From assembly GCA_964106645.2 (NCBI GenBank), contig OZ067042.1: DNA of 64,000 bases; one strand, 5' to 3'. Made by a program: the position numbers and the translations under genes. This document shows positions 1-13,868 of this stretch, one piece after another. A model generated the notes under the pieces. It did not search any database. It worked only from the letters and a program-made list of their open reading frames with translations, and had not been told where the DNA came from. This DNA comes from Podarcis pityusensis (Eukaryota). The number at the start of each line of letters is the position of its first letter. The stretch's first letter is position 1.

Positions 1-332
1 ACCATTAGGTCCAGTTGTGGCCGACTCTGGGGTTGCGACGCTCGTCTCGCTTTATTGGCCAAGGGAGCCGGCGTACAGCTTCCGGGTCATGTGGCCAGTA
101 TGACTAAGCCGCTTCTGGCGAACCAGAGCAGCGCACGGATACGCCGTTTACCTTCCTGCCGGAGCGGTACCTATTTATCTACTTGCACTTTGAGGTGCTT
201 TTGAACTGCTAGGTGGGCAGGAGCAGGGACCAAGCAACAGCAGCTCACCCCGTTGCGGGGATTCGAACCGCTGACCTTCTGATCAGCAAGTCCTAGGCTC
301 TGTGGTTTAACCCACAGCGCCACCCGCGTCCC
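1..332 (-). mobile_element. Sauria SINE (tRNA-derived), tail cut by the window edge
   Basis: Reverse complement starts GGGACGCGGGTGGCGCTGTGGGTTAAACC with a GGTTCGAATCC B box; body shared with 5 other copies here. Confidence 0.9.
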
Positions 333-1576
333 AACTACAAACAGTACATAACAAAAATACTTAATAAAGGACCCATAGGTGGCATCCTAAGTGTGGTCAT
401 GGAATAGCGCCAGTAGCAAAGGTTCCCTGCTCATCTAAGAGCCTGCACTGCAGTCAGGTGAGACAAAAGGAAGAGCAGGCCCAGCAGATGTGGAAACTAG
501 GAGTGGTGAGAGGAAAGTAGTGAGATTTTTTAAAGGCTTCACAAAGTGGCCAAGGTGCTTCACACCAGATCTGTTCTTTGTAACCAGTGTGTTCCTAAAG
601 GTTTTGAAAAGGTGCAACAGAAAGTAAGTTCAGGTGCTTGAGTACTATAGGTCATTTTTATATATATATATTTCCTCATTTTCTGTGATTGGAGTTCCTG
701 AGTGATGAATTACTTTTGCTCAGCGAGGAGAGCACTCTCAGATTGCCTCGTAACATCACATTAATATTCTGTGGCAGTAGCTTAATTAAATCCTCATTAA
801 GCAGTACCATATTTCTTGCAAGTTCTGCAGCTCGGGCTGAAATTAATTGTGAGCTGTTATACAGAGGCACCAGCTGCTAGAAAAACGGAGTTCCCCGCAC
901 CCACCCAGTTGAATCCTGCAGGAATGTTTTTGATCAGGGTTGAGCAGAGGGTAAGCAAAGGTCCACTGGGCAGTTTCAGGTGAGCTACCTAGTTTTGACT
1001 CCCTGTATTTTTGCAAAGAATGCTGAACCAGACAGAACTGAATGTCTTTTTCTAGCACATCTGTGTTCTTAAGCAAATAATGCCTTATGGGGAGCACTTA
1101 GCACAAATTAATTACATTTTTGTTATAGCAGCTGAGAAATCCGGACCATGTCCCCTTGCTTTGTAAATCTAAAATATACCAGCGGACCACGAGGATTCTA
1201 TTATCATCATCATCATCACTGGCCGTGCAAGAAATAAAACCAACCCACCCCCAATTTACATGGTTTGCAAATATCAGGTTTTTAAAAGTCTCTTCTGCCT
1301 GGCCCACAATAAAGTGTTCTGCCAGTGTTCATAACAAAGCAATTATAACTAATAGAAGTGCCAACATATTTCAGAATTACTGGTTTAATCTAACTGTCTC
1401 ATTAAGTCTCTGGCTCAAGGATGCTTCACACACAACATCCTTTCTATATGAGTAGAGTGGGAAAACACTGTGACTATTATGATGGTGGTATGACAATTAG
1501 TGCATGGTGTCTAAAGGCTTGGTGCCATGCTAAGCCCTTCTGGAGATGAGCTGATGCTTGAGCTAAGCCATAGTTT

Positions 1577-1830
1577 GAGAGCCAGTGTGGTGTAGTGGTT
1601 AAGAGCGGTAGATTCATAATCTGGGGAACCAGGTTTGCATCTCCGCTCCTTCACATGCAGCTGCTGGGTGACCTTGGGCCAGTCACACTTCTCTGAAGTC
1701 TCTCAGCCCCACTCACCTCACAAAGTGTTTGTTGTGGGGGAGGAAGGGAAAGGAGAATGTTAGCCGCTTTGAGACTCCTTCGGGGAGTGATAAAGCGGGA
1801 TATCAAATCCAAACGCTTCTTCTTCTTCTT
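1577..1830 (+). mobile_element. tRNA-derived squamate SINE (Squam3/MIR-like) with (CTT)n tail
   Basis: A box TGGTGTAGTGG, core GTGACCTTGGGCCAGTCAC, microsatellite tail; family name uncertain. Confidence 0.75.
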
Positions 1831-4800
1831 AGTGTGTCACATGAACCCAGGCTCATGATTTAGCTCTCTCCAGAGTCCTGACTCATCACAAGCTGTAATC
1901 AAGGTGTGTCTTGTGGTTTGTCCAGGACAGCTAAGCCATGAGCCCAGGTTCAGACAACACACATAGTCAAACTGTGACTTAGCTCATGGTATAGCTGCAG
2001 ATCAGCCAGGCAGGAGCAAAGTGGGTACAATGTCCTTTGCTGGGGACTGTACACTTGTGAATTCATTCATCCTAAACTATGGTTTGGCTTAGTGTGACAT
2101 ACAAATAAGGATGGAAAAGAAATTTCAGGGCTGGATCTACACTGACCTTTAAAAATGCTGTAAAAAAGTAATATAGCTCTCAATGCAATTTCCCATTGGC
2201 AGTGGGTTGCTGCTCTACAGCGCCCTTTATCTAGCTAAGCAATGTGTACATAAATGCATATAAATATATAGAGTAGTAAAAGAAAAGCATACAAAAATGT
2301 ATTATTTTATGGGAAATTGCTTTGCAAAAATGTGTATACTTAGCAAAATTAGGTACAAAAAACATGTTAGAAGGCAAGTAGCTTTGCACTTTTTATGCAA
2401 AGTAGACTGAGGTGCAATATGATTACATCCATACAGTGTTCCCTACTTAAGTAGCTTATTCACATTTCTCATTATCTGTACCTATAACCATAATAATAAT
2501 AGGCTAGAAAGGAGACAAACTAAAATTAGAACGAAATCGGTAACAGTTTTTTAAAAAAACCAACAGATATATGTGTCATTTGGGTGGTTCTTAACTCTGG
2601 TGAAAAAGAAAGATGTTTCTAATCATTAAATTATGACCTGGTTGTATATTGGGCCCCAGTGAAACTACTGGAAAATCTAGTCTTTCTTCAATCAAATAAA
2701 CAGGAAGATGAAAAATAATAGCAAGAATAAGATAAAAGATAAGAAGTGATGAGAAATAAGAAGGATGAGGTTGGGGTTGAACAAGGAGTCTGATTCACAG
2801 GACACAGCAGTTGCTGTTTGGCTTTAATCAAAGCACTCTAAAAGCTTATCCCAACATTCCTGCAGTGTTGTTTGGAATAATAAATATTTCATGAAGAGAA
2901 TTCCGTGGCAAGTGGTTTAATACCACAGCATGCATGTTACTTCATTTCTTTTACAGATTTATAATCTACTTCATGCCCTGAAGCCATCTAAGCAGTGCAA
3001 AAGCCCCCAAACCTAACTAACTAACTAATGCAATTTCTACAAGAATATACAATTAATATTCCATATAATGACTCGATCATACTTCAGGGAAAGACTTCTT
3101 GAACAAAAACGTCTGTTAAAATATTGAATATTAAATATTGAAAGTTCTGTCCTTCTGGCTAGCTTTCAGCTGAAGTGTAGCTTATAAATAAACCCAGATG
3201 CCCAGTATCTTGATTATGGAACTGCATGTTTCAGGGCATCCTTTGCATTCGTGCCACATTGGGCATTACCATTTTTGCTAGGACCACAAGTCATTTCCTG
3301 GCATCAGCTTGTAAATCCAACATTGGTATGCTGTGATGTTTCTTGGGCTTTTCCAACATTACGATTTGACCCTCCTTGCGAACCCCACTGAATGAAAACT
3401 GGAACATTAGAAATGGCTGTTAAATTGTATTCTCTGAAAGTAGAGTTTACCCTGTCCCACTTCCCTGTAAAAGAAGCCTTGCCCAATCCTTTGAGCATTA
3501 CATTGTGTGTTATGCATGCTGATCTTAAAATCTGCACACCGCAGACCAAATTTGTATTTGTCAAGCTCATCCACCAAGTCCTCCAAGGTGCTGCATTTAT
3601 GAAAAAACCAATCCCCTTGTTTCTCTAAGCAATGATGAGCTATTCATTATCAGAAACTGGCAAGTGTAAAATTAGTCATTTCAGAACAAAACAGGTAAAA
3701 GGTAGAGGAAGCCAACCTTAATGGAAAATATTTAGCACTAGAGAGCATCTGAAGCAAAAAAGAAAATTACAGCTAACTCCATTCTTCCATGGTTATTGAT
3801 ATGGGCATCATTAGTTTTTAACAGCAGCATCAAACAGATGATCAGTTGTGTTACATTTTCCAAACGTTGATGGACTAATCCTTTATTTTTGGTGATGGTC
3901 CTAGAAAGACTGGCTCAGTTCACACATAGTAGCTAAAACATGGGCCATGACTTGAGTTGGCACATTCCCTCCTTTCTTGCACAATCTTGATTTCTTTCCT
4001 CACTTTCTGATTTGGGCAAACCATGGTTTACCATTGCATCCAATTAAAGCCTGTGTGGCCACGGTTCCTTTACACAAATACAGCCTATGGGCATTCATCA
4101 GACATGCCTCCAACATGTGAACATGATGTGGGTGGCGATAGCTTAGGATGTAACAGTTAAGGCAGGGCAAGTGCATGCAACCCTGCTCTCTCTCCATGAG
4201 ATGTTAAAAGACTGAGTAGGGCTGCTGTTTCACATTCCAGTTTTGCAAATAAGGACACATTTGGCAGAGATCCTAAGCTAACCCCGGCTCTCTGGCATGT
4301 GTTGCATTCACTCATCATGTGTTTAGTGGTACATGAAAATATCTGAAGGGTAAACCTTTTTTTTTTTTTAAAGGCATGTGAAGCCTCCTCAAGGTTGTAA
4401 TTATATGCATAGTTTGCTAAACCTCATTGATTTGAATAGGATTTAAGCACCCTGACTGTGCAATGGGTTGCAGCCCAGTTCTTTGAAGAAATGAGACCCG
4501 AGTTTCTCTGTGCAAAATTCATATGTGATTTGGATCAAAAAAGAAGTCGCAATCGGTTGCTGAGCTTTTGATGCAAGATTTGTAGAAGATGGGGATTTCA
4601 GTGTTTGTTTTAAAAGATTAATCATGCAAGGCTTCCTAAGTCTCAGGCTGCCCATAAATGAAGCTCTTGAACACTGTGAAGAAACACTCATGCTCAAACA
4701 TGCTGTGCCGTGTGCTCTCTTCCCCATTAGCATCTAATCTTTGGAGCGTCTAATTGTTGGAAGTCTAGAGATACTATAAACATGTAAGAGTCCTGCCAAA

Positions 4801-6651
4801 GGCCTGTCTTTCCCATTGATCTGTCTCCAAAAGTGTCCATTCAGATGCTTCCTGGAAGCTGAAAAGCACAGTCCACCTTTTGCCATTTAATTTTGTTGGG
4901 TCACCTAACAGAATTTCTATCTGTTAACTTTCTTCATTATTCTTCATTGTTATAATTTGACAGATTTCTATAATTCTTTTCATTAGGCTGAAATGCTGAC
5001 TGGAGCTGATTGGAATTGTAGTCCATAATACTGAGAGGGCACCAGCTTGGGGAAGGCTATTCCCCAATTGGAAGGTGCTTCCGCTACTCTTTTTCTGCAT
5101 ATTTCCCAGTGCTTTAATATCCCTGATCTCCTCTATAAACACCCGCTCAACTACTCTTCCTGGTCCATCTGTAAAACCAGTATCACAATAGCTCAAATTG
5201 GAAGAGTAGACTTTGCAAGACGACAGTGGCTCATTTTAAATTTCTTTGTGTTATCCTGACTTTTAGGGCTGATTCATTCAGTCCACTATTCCTGTTTTAG
5301 CAGCTACAAAATAGACTCACAGCTGTTCCTAAGTGTCTAGAGAGACAACAGCTGTAGCACAGAGCTTCTTTTCCAGCTACTCTCCCCTGTGTACTAGTAA
5401 ACCTGCTATAAGGGTTTATGGATGGCTGCAAGTTCGTCATCATCATCATAATTTATTACGGTCAAAGACCAGCTCGAAAAGCACAACTGGGACAGCTTTC
5501 ACAAGGGCTAAAAAGGGCTGCAAGTTCTCTTCCCCCACCTCACCCCCCCCACCTCAAAGCAAAGCCCCCTTGTGACCAAAGTAAGGGGGGGGGGGTCTCA
5601 TGTCTTAAGATTGAGATAGCAGTGGAAGGTTTTGTAGTGTTCTGATCGCAACCGTCCAATGGACTGATTATTTAAGAACCTGATATCAGGCACTAACATG
5701 GGTATCATAACTTTTTTCAGGCAGTAGGTGAGACCTTGAAGAAAAAGTGGCTCTGGCTTCAGAAATGTGAGCTGACCTTTGCCTTGGTGGGTTTTTTCCT
5801 CCTGTGCAAGAAGTAAAAGGCACTGCATGTTTTGTTTTGTTTTTACTTTCTTTCTCCAATGCATCCTTCCTAGCTGACAGAACTTGCTTCATCCCAACAT
5901 TCAGCACGAAAGGACTAACTTTGCCAAAGTCGCATGATATTTACCGCTAGCCCCACATATTATGTAAGAGGATGCTGTCACAGATTGATTGACTGAATCA
6001 CAAATGGAATCGTGCATACTTGGCCAGAGAGCTTTTGTTATGCTTAGCAACTAGAATGTGCTTCTCATCAGATTAAAAACACCACTATAATGCATTTTCT
6101 TTCCGGTTCTTCGGATATCAGTGGAGTGTAAAGGAACCAGCATGCTTATTAAATTGCCCGATATTTGGTATGAGCATGTCCTGTAGGGTAACCACACAAG
6201 CACTGAATGAATATGCTGAAATTTTTGCTTTGGTTGTAGATGTTTCCAGAAATCACATCTCTATGGGTGCATTTTACAGATATGAGAAATAACATGTCTT
6301 ATTTTGCTCTCTGTGGATTGAAAGAGTTCTGTGTCGTAACCTGATAGGTAGATGCCAACAATGACGTTTTAGATACAACAGGCCCCAATGTCATTTTTTT
6401 TAAAGCCCTCAATTAAGTTTGGTTCCCCTTCCCCAGTAATAAATAACTTTCCCTTGGAGAGGAAAAAGCCAGATGAAAAGATGAAATACTGGAAAATAAA
6501 AGTCTAAACTCTGCTCATCTGAAATCTGGTTATTTATGTATAAAAAACTACAGTCAGTTATTATAGCACAGTACAAATACAGTATATGAATCCACATATT
6601 ACCCTCCCCACACACAAAGGAGAGTTGTTTTTCCACCATGCTTTCCCAATA

Positions 6652-6877
6652 CAGTGGTACCTCTGTTTATGAACTTAATTCGTTCCGTAAGTCCGTTCTT
6701 ACACCGAAAGCATTCTTAAACCAAGGCACGCTTTCCCTAATGAGGCCTCCCGCCGCCAGTGCCCTTCCACCAATCAGCTTCCATTCATCTTCCGGGCCAA
6801 AGTTCGTTAGCCAGAACACCTCCTTCCGGTTTTGCAGAGTTCGTTTCCCGCATCGTTCATTAACCGAGGTACCACTG
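6652..6877. mobile_element. Tc1/mariner (Tigger-like) MITE
   Basis: TA|CAGTGGTACCTC...GAGGTACCACTG|TA terminal inverted repeats (TIRs) and TA TSD. Confidence 0.9.
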
Positions 6878-7270
6878 TACATTGCCTAATCCAGGTCTCC
6901 AGCCTTTGATTCTGAACATCACTACCGGCCTCCATCTGCATTCTTTCCGCCAGGTTCCTTGCATGGGGGGGGGGGGGAACCAAGGCAGTTGTAATATCCC
7001 CACATATTTAACCCCATGAGGCCCTTCCCACTCATTCTATCCTTTCACCAGCTGAGCCACAAAGAGACACAAAGCTGTGCAGTCATCTTGATGTCCAGTT
7101 CTGATGTATCATTAACTTTTCCATGCCTCTAGAATGAGCAGTGTGTCTGGTGTTCTGCCTTTCCACATCTACACGGTTTAGGTTTCTGATCAGAAGGGCT
7201 GTTTTGACATGTTCCGTTACCGCACCAATCTTAACCCTGAAGCCATTTAAAAACAACTGTGTTTAAAATA

Positions 7271-7511
7271 CAGTGGTACCTCTAGTTACAAACTTAATTC
7301 GTTCCGGAGGTCCGTTCTTAACCTGAAACTGTTCTTAAGTAGAGGTGTGCTTTCACTAATGGGGCCTCTTGCTGCCGTTGCGCCGCCGGCACACGATTTC
7401 CATTCTCATCCTGGGACAAAGTTCTCAACTCGAGGTAACTCTTCCAGGCTAGTGGAGTTTGTAACCTGAAGCGTTTGTAAGCTGAGGCATTTGTAACTCG
7501 TGGTACCACTG
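7271..7511. mobile_element. Tigger-like MITE, relative of the 242-bp family
   Basis: CAGTGGTACC...GGTACCACTG TIRs; interior similar to the copies at 54.7, 55.9 and 57.8 kb. Confidence 0.88.
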
Positions 7512-9845
7512 TGTTCTCTTTTTTTCCTGGTAATGTGAAATGCAAACATAGAAGGTGCTTTAAAAGGTGAGAGGGGTGCAGGCAGCCCATCTGAGCAGAA
7601 GAGGGGAGAGGTCAAAGTGCAAGTCAATCCAAAATTTGACTACATGCATCAGGCAAGCTACAAAACAAGAGTTCACACCAAGGAACCCATTTTTATTCAA
7701 TCTGTTTAATTTGCCGTCACCTAAGATCACACTGGCGAGATCCAATGCAACTTTGAAACCTTGGATGATAGCCCAGAATGTCTTGAGCTGGAAGAGATAT
7801 ACCTTAATGCAGAGGATGACTCAGCCATGGTAGGAGGTGCTTGAAGAAGCCATTTTGTCCATCACACAGTTTCCCCAGAGGACCAGGCTGAGGTGGAGCC
7901 AGTCTTGGCACTGATGTGCTTCTATGAAAAGTATATTTTTTTCAGGAGAATACCAAATTATATCATCAAAGTATTCAGGGTTGGGGAGGTTGGTTAATAT
8001 ATGTTAAACTGGCAGGTTCTCGGTGCTATAGATACACATTTTAAGGTACACACAAAAAAGGTTGGTGGTTTTTTTCCAGAATGCTATATCAGAACTGTCT
8101 CAAAACTGACAATACTGCTTTTTAAAGAGATGCTTCATTGCTCAGATGCTTCCCTGTGAATGTGTATGAATGGCATTATGTCAACTCTGCCATGTTTATG
8201 TCAATGAGTTTACCATATTCTTCTTGAGCTTTTAACGAGAAATTACACATCCTTTGAAAGAAGTGCTTTGTTTGATTTTCAATTGACATTCATGGTGTCA
8301 ATGGATTCAGTCTCCACTTGCATTGGGGTGTTAAAACCAATGGGAGTTACAACAAGCTTTTTTTACTTCTGAGAATTTAGGATCTCCTCTTGACCAATGC
8401 ACTCTTCTGCATCTGACATTAATTTTAAAATTCTATTTATTTTATAATAACTTTTTTCTTCTAAGGCGGCTTGTGTTGCTACTGTGACTTGCTATTGTAC
8501 TGAAAGGAGAACTTGTTCAATTTTCTAGGGAGAAGATTTTCCTCAGAGAAATAGGATTTTATTTCAAAGAGGTTTCTTGAAATTCTGTTTGTATACCACT
8601 AGTTTTTGCATCAACTGTTAACTACAACTTAACGCTTCTTTTTAAGAATTCAAAGTTCAGAAGCAACAGGCAGCTTCTGCCTCCGTGTGAATGTTCAGCT
8701 CCCTGTGCCATTCACTTGATAATTACAGCAATTGCATGATAGCCTGGCTGTTTGAAGCTTTTGTCACATGGTGACTTCCTGTGAGATTAATGTTTTGTCT
8801 TTTAAGAACAGCAGCTATCAGTGGGGTAAAGTAGATACCTGATGAGATTTTATGAGCATGTAACTGCATTGTTACAGACTGTTTGCATTCACCCCAAAAC
8901 TACCAACAATGAATGAGGTCGGCTTGATGTCGTTTGCAAATGAAAGCTAGAAAAACTGTTTATGCCACTTGCTTTAACATCTATTATAATTAATACCACA
9001 CATGATGCTCAATTCTATGGCTTCAACTTCAATAAGGCAAGGCCCAGTCATTCAGTTGGTAATAATACAGTTTTTTAGACTGTTTAAAGAGCTTAATGTG
9101 AACTTTACAAGAACCTGTAAGGTTGAATAATACAATAAGTTGCTTCAAATTGTTTCTAATGTGGTAACTGGCCCTGGGACCTTAGGGTGAAGGGCAGATA
9201 ATAAATATATTAATGATCAATTAATAATAATGTTATTTCCATATTACGGTTATCAAGTAAGTTCATGGCTGAAGTGAGATTCGAACTGGAGGCTTGCTGA
9301 TTTGTAGCCTAGTCTGATACTTGTCCTGCACTAGGTAGGCCAGCAATTCTGGGAAACAAAACACTGTACAATTGGCATCCCAAGAGTGGCTGGGGATGGG
9401 CGGGGTATAAATAATAAATTATTATTATTATAAATTATTATATCCCAAAGCTGAATGTCACTACCTGGCCATATATCAGTATACCCAACATAATACACTG
9501 GATTTCTGTGGGGACCTGAGGAAAAACCACAGATCCCATGGCTAACACTGATATGATCTTGAACGGCTGTTATGAAGTAAGCGTGTAGCATTGGGCATCA
9601 TATATCTATTTGTTATCACTATTAAGTACTTTACACTTGTTGTTTTAATTGCAAAATTCACAGTTTTGTTTACAGTGACTGAAAATTGCTTTTTCTCTAC
9701 TTGACACCTTAGTTTAATTTTGGGGCTGGTGTTGTTTTTAGGGGCTCAGTACTAATGATAACCATAATAATAAGCTATTTCTGTATCTGTAACAGGTTGC
9801 TAAGTTTCCTCCTGACACGAGTCATTGTTGATTTCACTGTTATAG

Positions 9846-9950
9846 GGGAAAGGCTCTAGGGCGGCAGATAAGGCTGTTGCCATGGTGATGAAGGAGATAC
9901 CGAGGGAGGAGCCTGCCGAGGAAAAGCCCCTCCTTACTATGAAATCACAG
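9846..9950 (+). CDS. PEX5L: PEX5L exon 4 (alternatively spliced in mammals): GKGSRAADKAVAMVMKEIPREEPAEEKPLLTMKSQ
   Basis: tatag|GGG...TCACAG|gtgggc; 105 nt, phase 0-0. Confidence 0.95.
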
Positions 9951-12900
9951 GTGGGCAGAATGGTAGGATTCTGAGGAGGAAGCTGACATATGTTGATTTT
10001 CATGGAGACCAACAATGAGCCGAGAATGATTTCTGTTCTTGGAGTCAAATGTTTCATAAGACTGAAAAACAGGGGTTGGGAGAGATATTTATGTAAGGCC
10101 ACTTTCCACCCCAAATTACATTGGGGGCGTATTTGGGGGGGGGGAGCCATTGTTTTTCAATAGTTAGTACTTCGGCTGATGCATTTTATCTTTAGCTAAT
10201 CGACTTCAGCTTGGTCTTTTAGAAAACCCAAAATGCATAATATGCAATGTTATACAGAAAGAGAGAGTGAAAGAAATCACTTTGTGTTTCCTGATCTTGT
10301 GTATTAGGGCTTGGGGCTTAAAAACCAAAAACGACAGAGGAGTTGAGGAAAATGATTTACAGAACCACAGCGTACATATGTCAGTTACCAGTAGAGTGTC
10401 TAAAACCAATTGAAACTGTCAACTGTGATTCATGCTGTCCATACTTGCATAACAGAGTATATATAAATGCACATTCACAGCAAAAGGTATGTTGATAAAA
10501 CTTTATGTAACATCTTCTCCATAGAGGTGTGTGTCATTTTGCAAAATATGTTTCAGTGCCTGTAAAACACTAGACCTCCCTCATTTCGGTTTGAATCCCT
10601 TCTCACGTAACGAGTAAAAGTCAATATGCAGACCCATAGTTTGAAATGACTGCTGTAAAAGCGTAGAGAAATTTTAATAGGTTCTTCTGTAAACAACAAC
10701 AATACACCCAATCAAATGAAAACCTGTTTTGTTGAAACTGTGTGCTTTTGGTCTAGCTATTGCCAACATATGAGATTCTGGCTTCATTCAGATGCAATAT
10801 AACGAATGAGCTTTGGGCTTGTCAGCTGTGTTCTCTCCTCCTTTGGCACAACTGCGAGCAAGAGACTGATACTTTCTCTTCTCTTTTTATCTAATCGCAG
10901 TTTAGGGTTAGGGTTACGTACTGATTGCTGATGCAAGCCAGCTTCAAACAACCATAGTTGTTTTAATAAACCAAAGTTAAGATGAACTGCAATTTAAAGT
11001 TTGGGCATATGCTCATGTACATAACATTCAACCATAGTTTAGCATTACATCCGAACCAGGAATAGTGTAAATTACACTATTAAACATGAATTGGATAAAA
11101 TAGCATCCGTTTTGATCTAAGCTGTGATGCTTGTCACGTGGAGGCACTCTGTACTCTGTCACTCAATTTAGATGGCAACTAAATTTAGAATATGCATGCC
11201 TGCTTGGTGATAGTTATCTTCCAGTGATATTTATCTTACTATATATTACATAGGAGCATAAGTTAAATACATTCTAAGTTGAATGCCAGATCGGAGCATA
11301 TGCGTAAAATAAAAGTAATGATTTTAAGCATACTAGCCACAAGTGAGCAGGATGGTTGATAGCCCCTGATAATCAATAGTTTAAAATTTTATTTGGATTA
11401 AAATTCCAAAATCATTTCCACAGACCCACTATTCTCTAAATACTGGATGGTTTATTTGACAAATCTAGGATAGTTACAAAAGGTCAGCTCAAAATTTCCC
11501 CCTGGGTTGTCCAGATTGTATGTTCATGATGCATAACAACTGCCAACGTTATCCTATACCTAAAAATCACTTTCTCTCGATTGCTCTTACAGATTTGCAA
11601 TGCTGCATTATATATACAGAAACTCAAAATGTCCCATGTTTAGATTGCATTACACAGGGCAGTTTTCCTACATGGATTACGCTGAATGGTGTGAAGATTG
11701 TGGCAGTCTGGGCTTCTTATGTGCACATGCCTTGGGAATCCATTGCCCACTGAGATTCCCCAACATATATATACATGTGGCAAGAGACACATGAACAGTC
11801 TTCTTACATGGATGTACCCATGTAGAAAAAACATCCTGTGAAACATCTCTACACTGGGACATGACTGGGTGATGGAATAGGATGCTCTCCTTTCTTACAT
11901 CCTATTTGGATTTTACATAAATCAGCTTATGAATCGTACCTGTCGAGACACCTGATTCATAATGTGTTTTGTGCCCCATTTGTATTGGTTGTATGTAACA
12001 GTTTACCATAAATCATTTGTGATACACTCCTTCAAAGTAAAATGTTGTATCTGTTAGTCTGTGTACACTTTTTTCTCACTGTGTACCAGTTGACTTCATC
12101 CTTGTTACGCACCAGTTGGCTACACAAAGCCAAGAGAAGGCAAAACCAAGTGGATGAGTGAGTATTTTCAATAATTGTCTCCACATTGCGTGTGCCCACG
12201 TTTGCAGTAGGGTCATGTTGCCTTTCTCCCTTGCATACCTGTTATATAAATGCCTTGCTGTTTTATGATGCCTTTGTCCTTTGCCTTCCCATGTGCACCT
12301 TTTGTTCAGAACATTTGTCTGGTATAATGTAATACCACAGGGGAAACTGCAAGACCTGGACCCAATTTATGCATTCCTTTTGCAGCAAGGAACCCACACA
12401 AATAATGCTTTCCTGTGGCTGGACTCCCGTTTTGCATTGGGGATGTGTATAAGCATTGAACCAATGGCTTGTTTTGATAATGTGACTATTTCCTGTGCCA
12501 GCATGCCTCCTTTGGAGTTGTTGTTGTTGACTTGGGAAGTAACCAAACAATCCAAATGACTAAACCGATTCACAGGAAAGCTGTTTTTCAATAGTTCCCA
12601 TGCCACAGTGGTATTGTACAAATCAGGAATGAACCTGTGGCCCTCTAGATGTTGTTAGACTCCAGCATACCTCTGTCTCAGCTAGCATGGCAAATGGAAT
12701 GGTGCAGGTTTTCTTTCAACCAAATCTGGAGGGCCACAGATTACCCAACCCTGGTGTAAATTGAGCCTTGGAATTACAGAACTGTAAGAATGACTAGTAA
12801 GTCCCAACTGTCTGCCCAAGGCAGGATCATCTGCCAAGTACTTTAGTGTGTTTATTTTGATTTCTGCATAAAATGAGGCCAATAAAGGTTTGCCTGCCTG

Positions 12901-13806
12901 GATGGCAGAATCTTAACACTGAGAACATAGTACGCAACAGGATTTCAAATATATATTTCCACCCATTGCAGAATGGATGCTGACATATTTTCTAAGTAAG
13001 ATCAGCTCATAAATATCCGGTATTGTGTAGTAGGGTATGTCCATTTGGGTGAGGGGTGAGGGAGTGAAATACCATCTGTCAATTTATCAAGAACGTCCTT
13101 GTTTTGGAAACTATGTAATACTTAAAAGTGTCACTTGTACTATATGATACAGCAGCTACATAATGGACAAAAATAAACAATAGTTTGTACAGGGAATAGT
13201 TGTAGGGGAAACTACTACAACCCTGGCTGAATATACACTCCCATTAACACTGTATGCAGTAAGCTATCACCACTGGCTTAAAAAGTGGTGTACAAACAAA
13301 TCTATTTCTAGCCTGTAGCTGCCATGTTGTTTCTTGTGGAATACTGTGTTTTGATACATTTTCCTCCAAACCAGCTTCAATCCAAATTGAGGAAAAGGAT
13401 GGCCTACTTGTGTTTTAAGCCGGTAATGTGTATTGCAGCCCCCCGTGGATCTGCTTAAACTGCCAAATGTTATGTTGGTTATTTCATTTATTTATTTGAG
13501 GAAGGTCTTTCCCACTCTTCAGGTAAAACCTCTCTGAGTAGCTAAAATAAGGAATGACTAAAACCATGGTAAAATGTGTTTTGAAAGACCCAACAGGAAC
13601 GACAGAAAGCCAGGCGATTATGTTATATAAGAACTCGAAATCTGAGTCAGTAAATAGGTCTGCGCTTCAGAGACTGCATCAGGCAAGACTCCTAAAGGGG
13701 AGCATTCAAGAGTCCATATTCCAGAGGAATGTGGTGCAAGTCCAATGGGCTGCAGCCATCAGCACTGGCCAAAGACATTTTGCTGCCTGAGATGGAATAG
13801 CAAATG

Positions 13807-13807
<1 letters not shown>

Positions 13808-13868
<61 letters not shown>
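13808..13868. repeat. (CA)n microsatellite
   Basis: Direct reading; two AAAC interruptions. Confidence 0.95.

Noticed and set aside
1-332. tRNA-like A/B boxes as tRNA genes (also at 1577, 22758 and 34866)
   Set aside because: These are SINE heads with no complete cloverleaf.
5418-5645. ATG ORF with an internal AAA|gtaagg donor at 5580 as an alternative first exon
   Set aside because: The donor is phase 1 relative to the ORF while exon 4 needs phase 0, and there is no recognisable homology.
1-9845. PEX5L exons 1a/1b/2 (MYQGHMQ; YGKLSSDEDLEII)
   Set aside because: I found no matching coding sequence by eye; they probably lie upstream of the window.
1500-11200. Several TGCATG (RBFOX) motifs around exon 4
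   Set aside because: None is within about 1 kb of the exon and the frequency is not convincingly above background.
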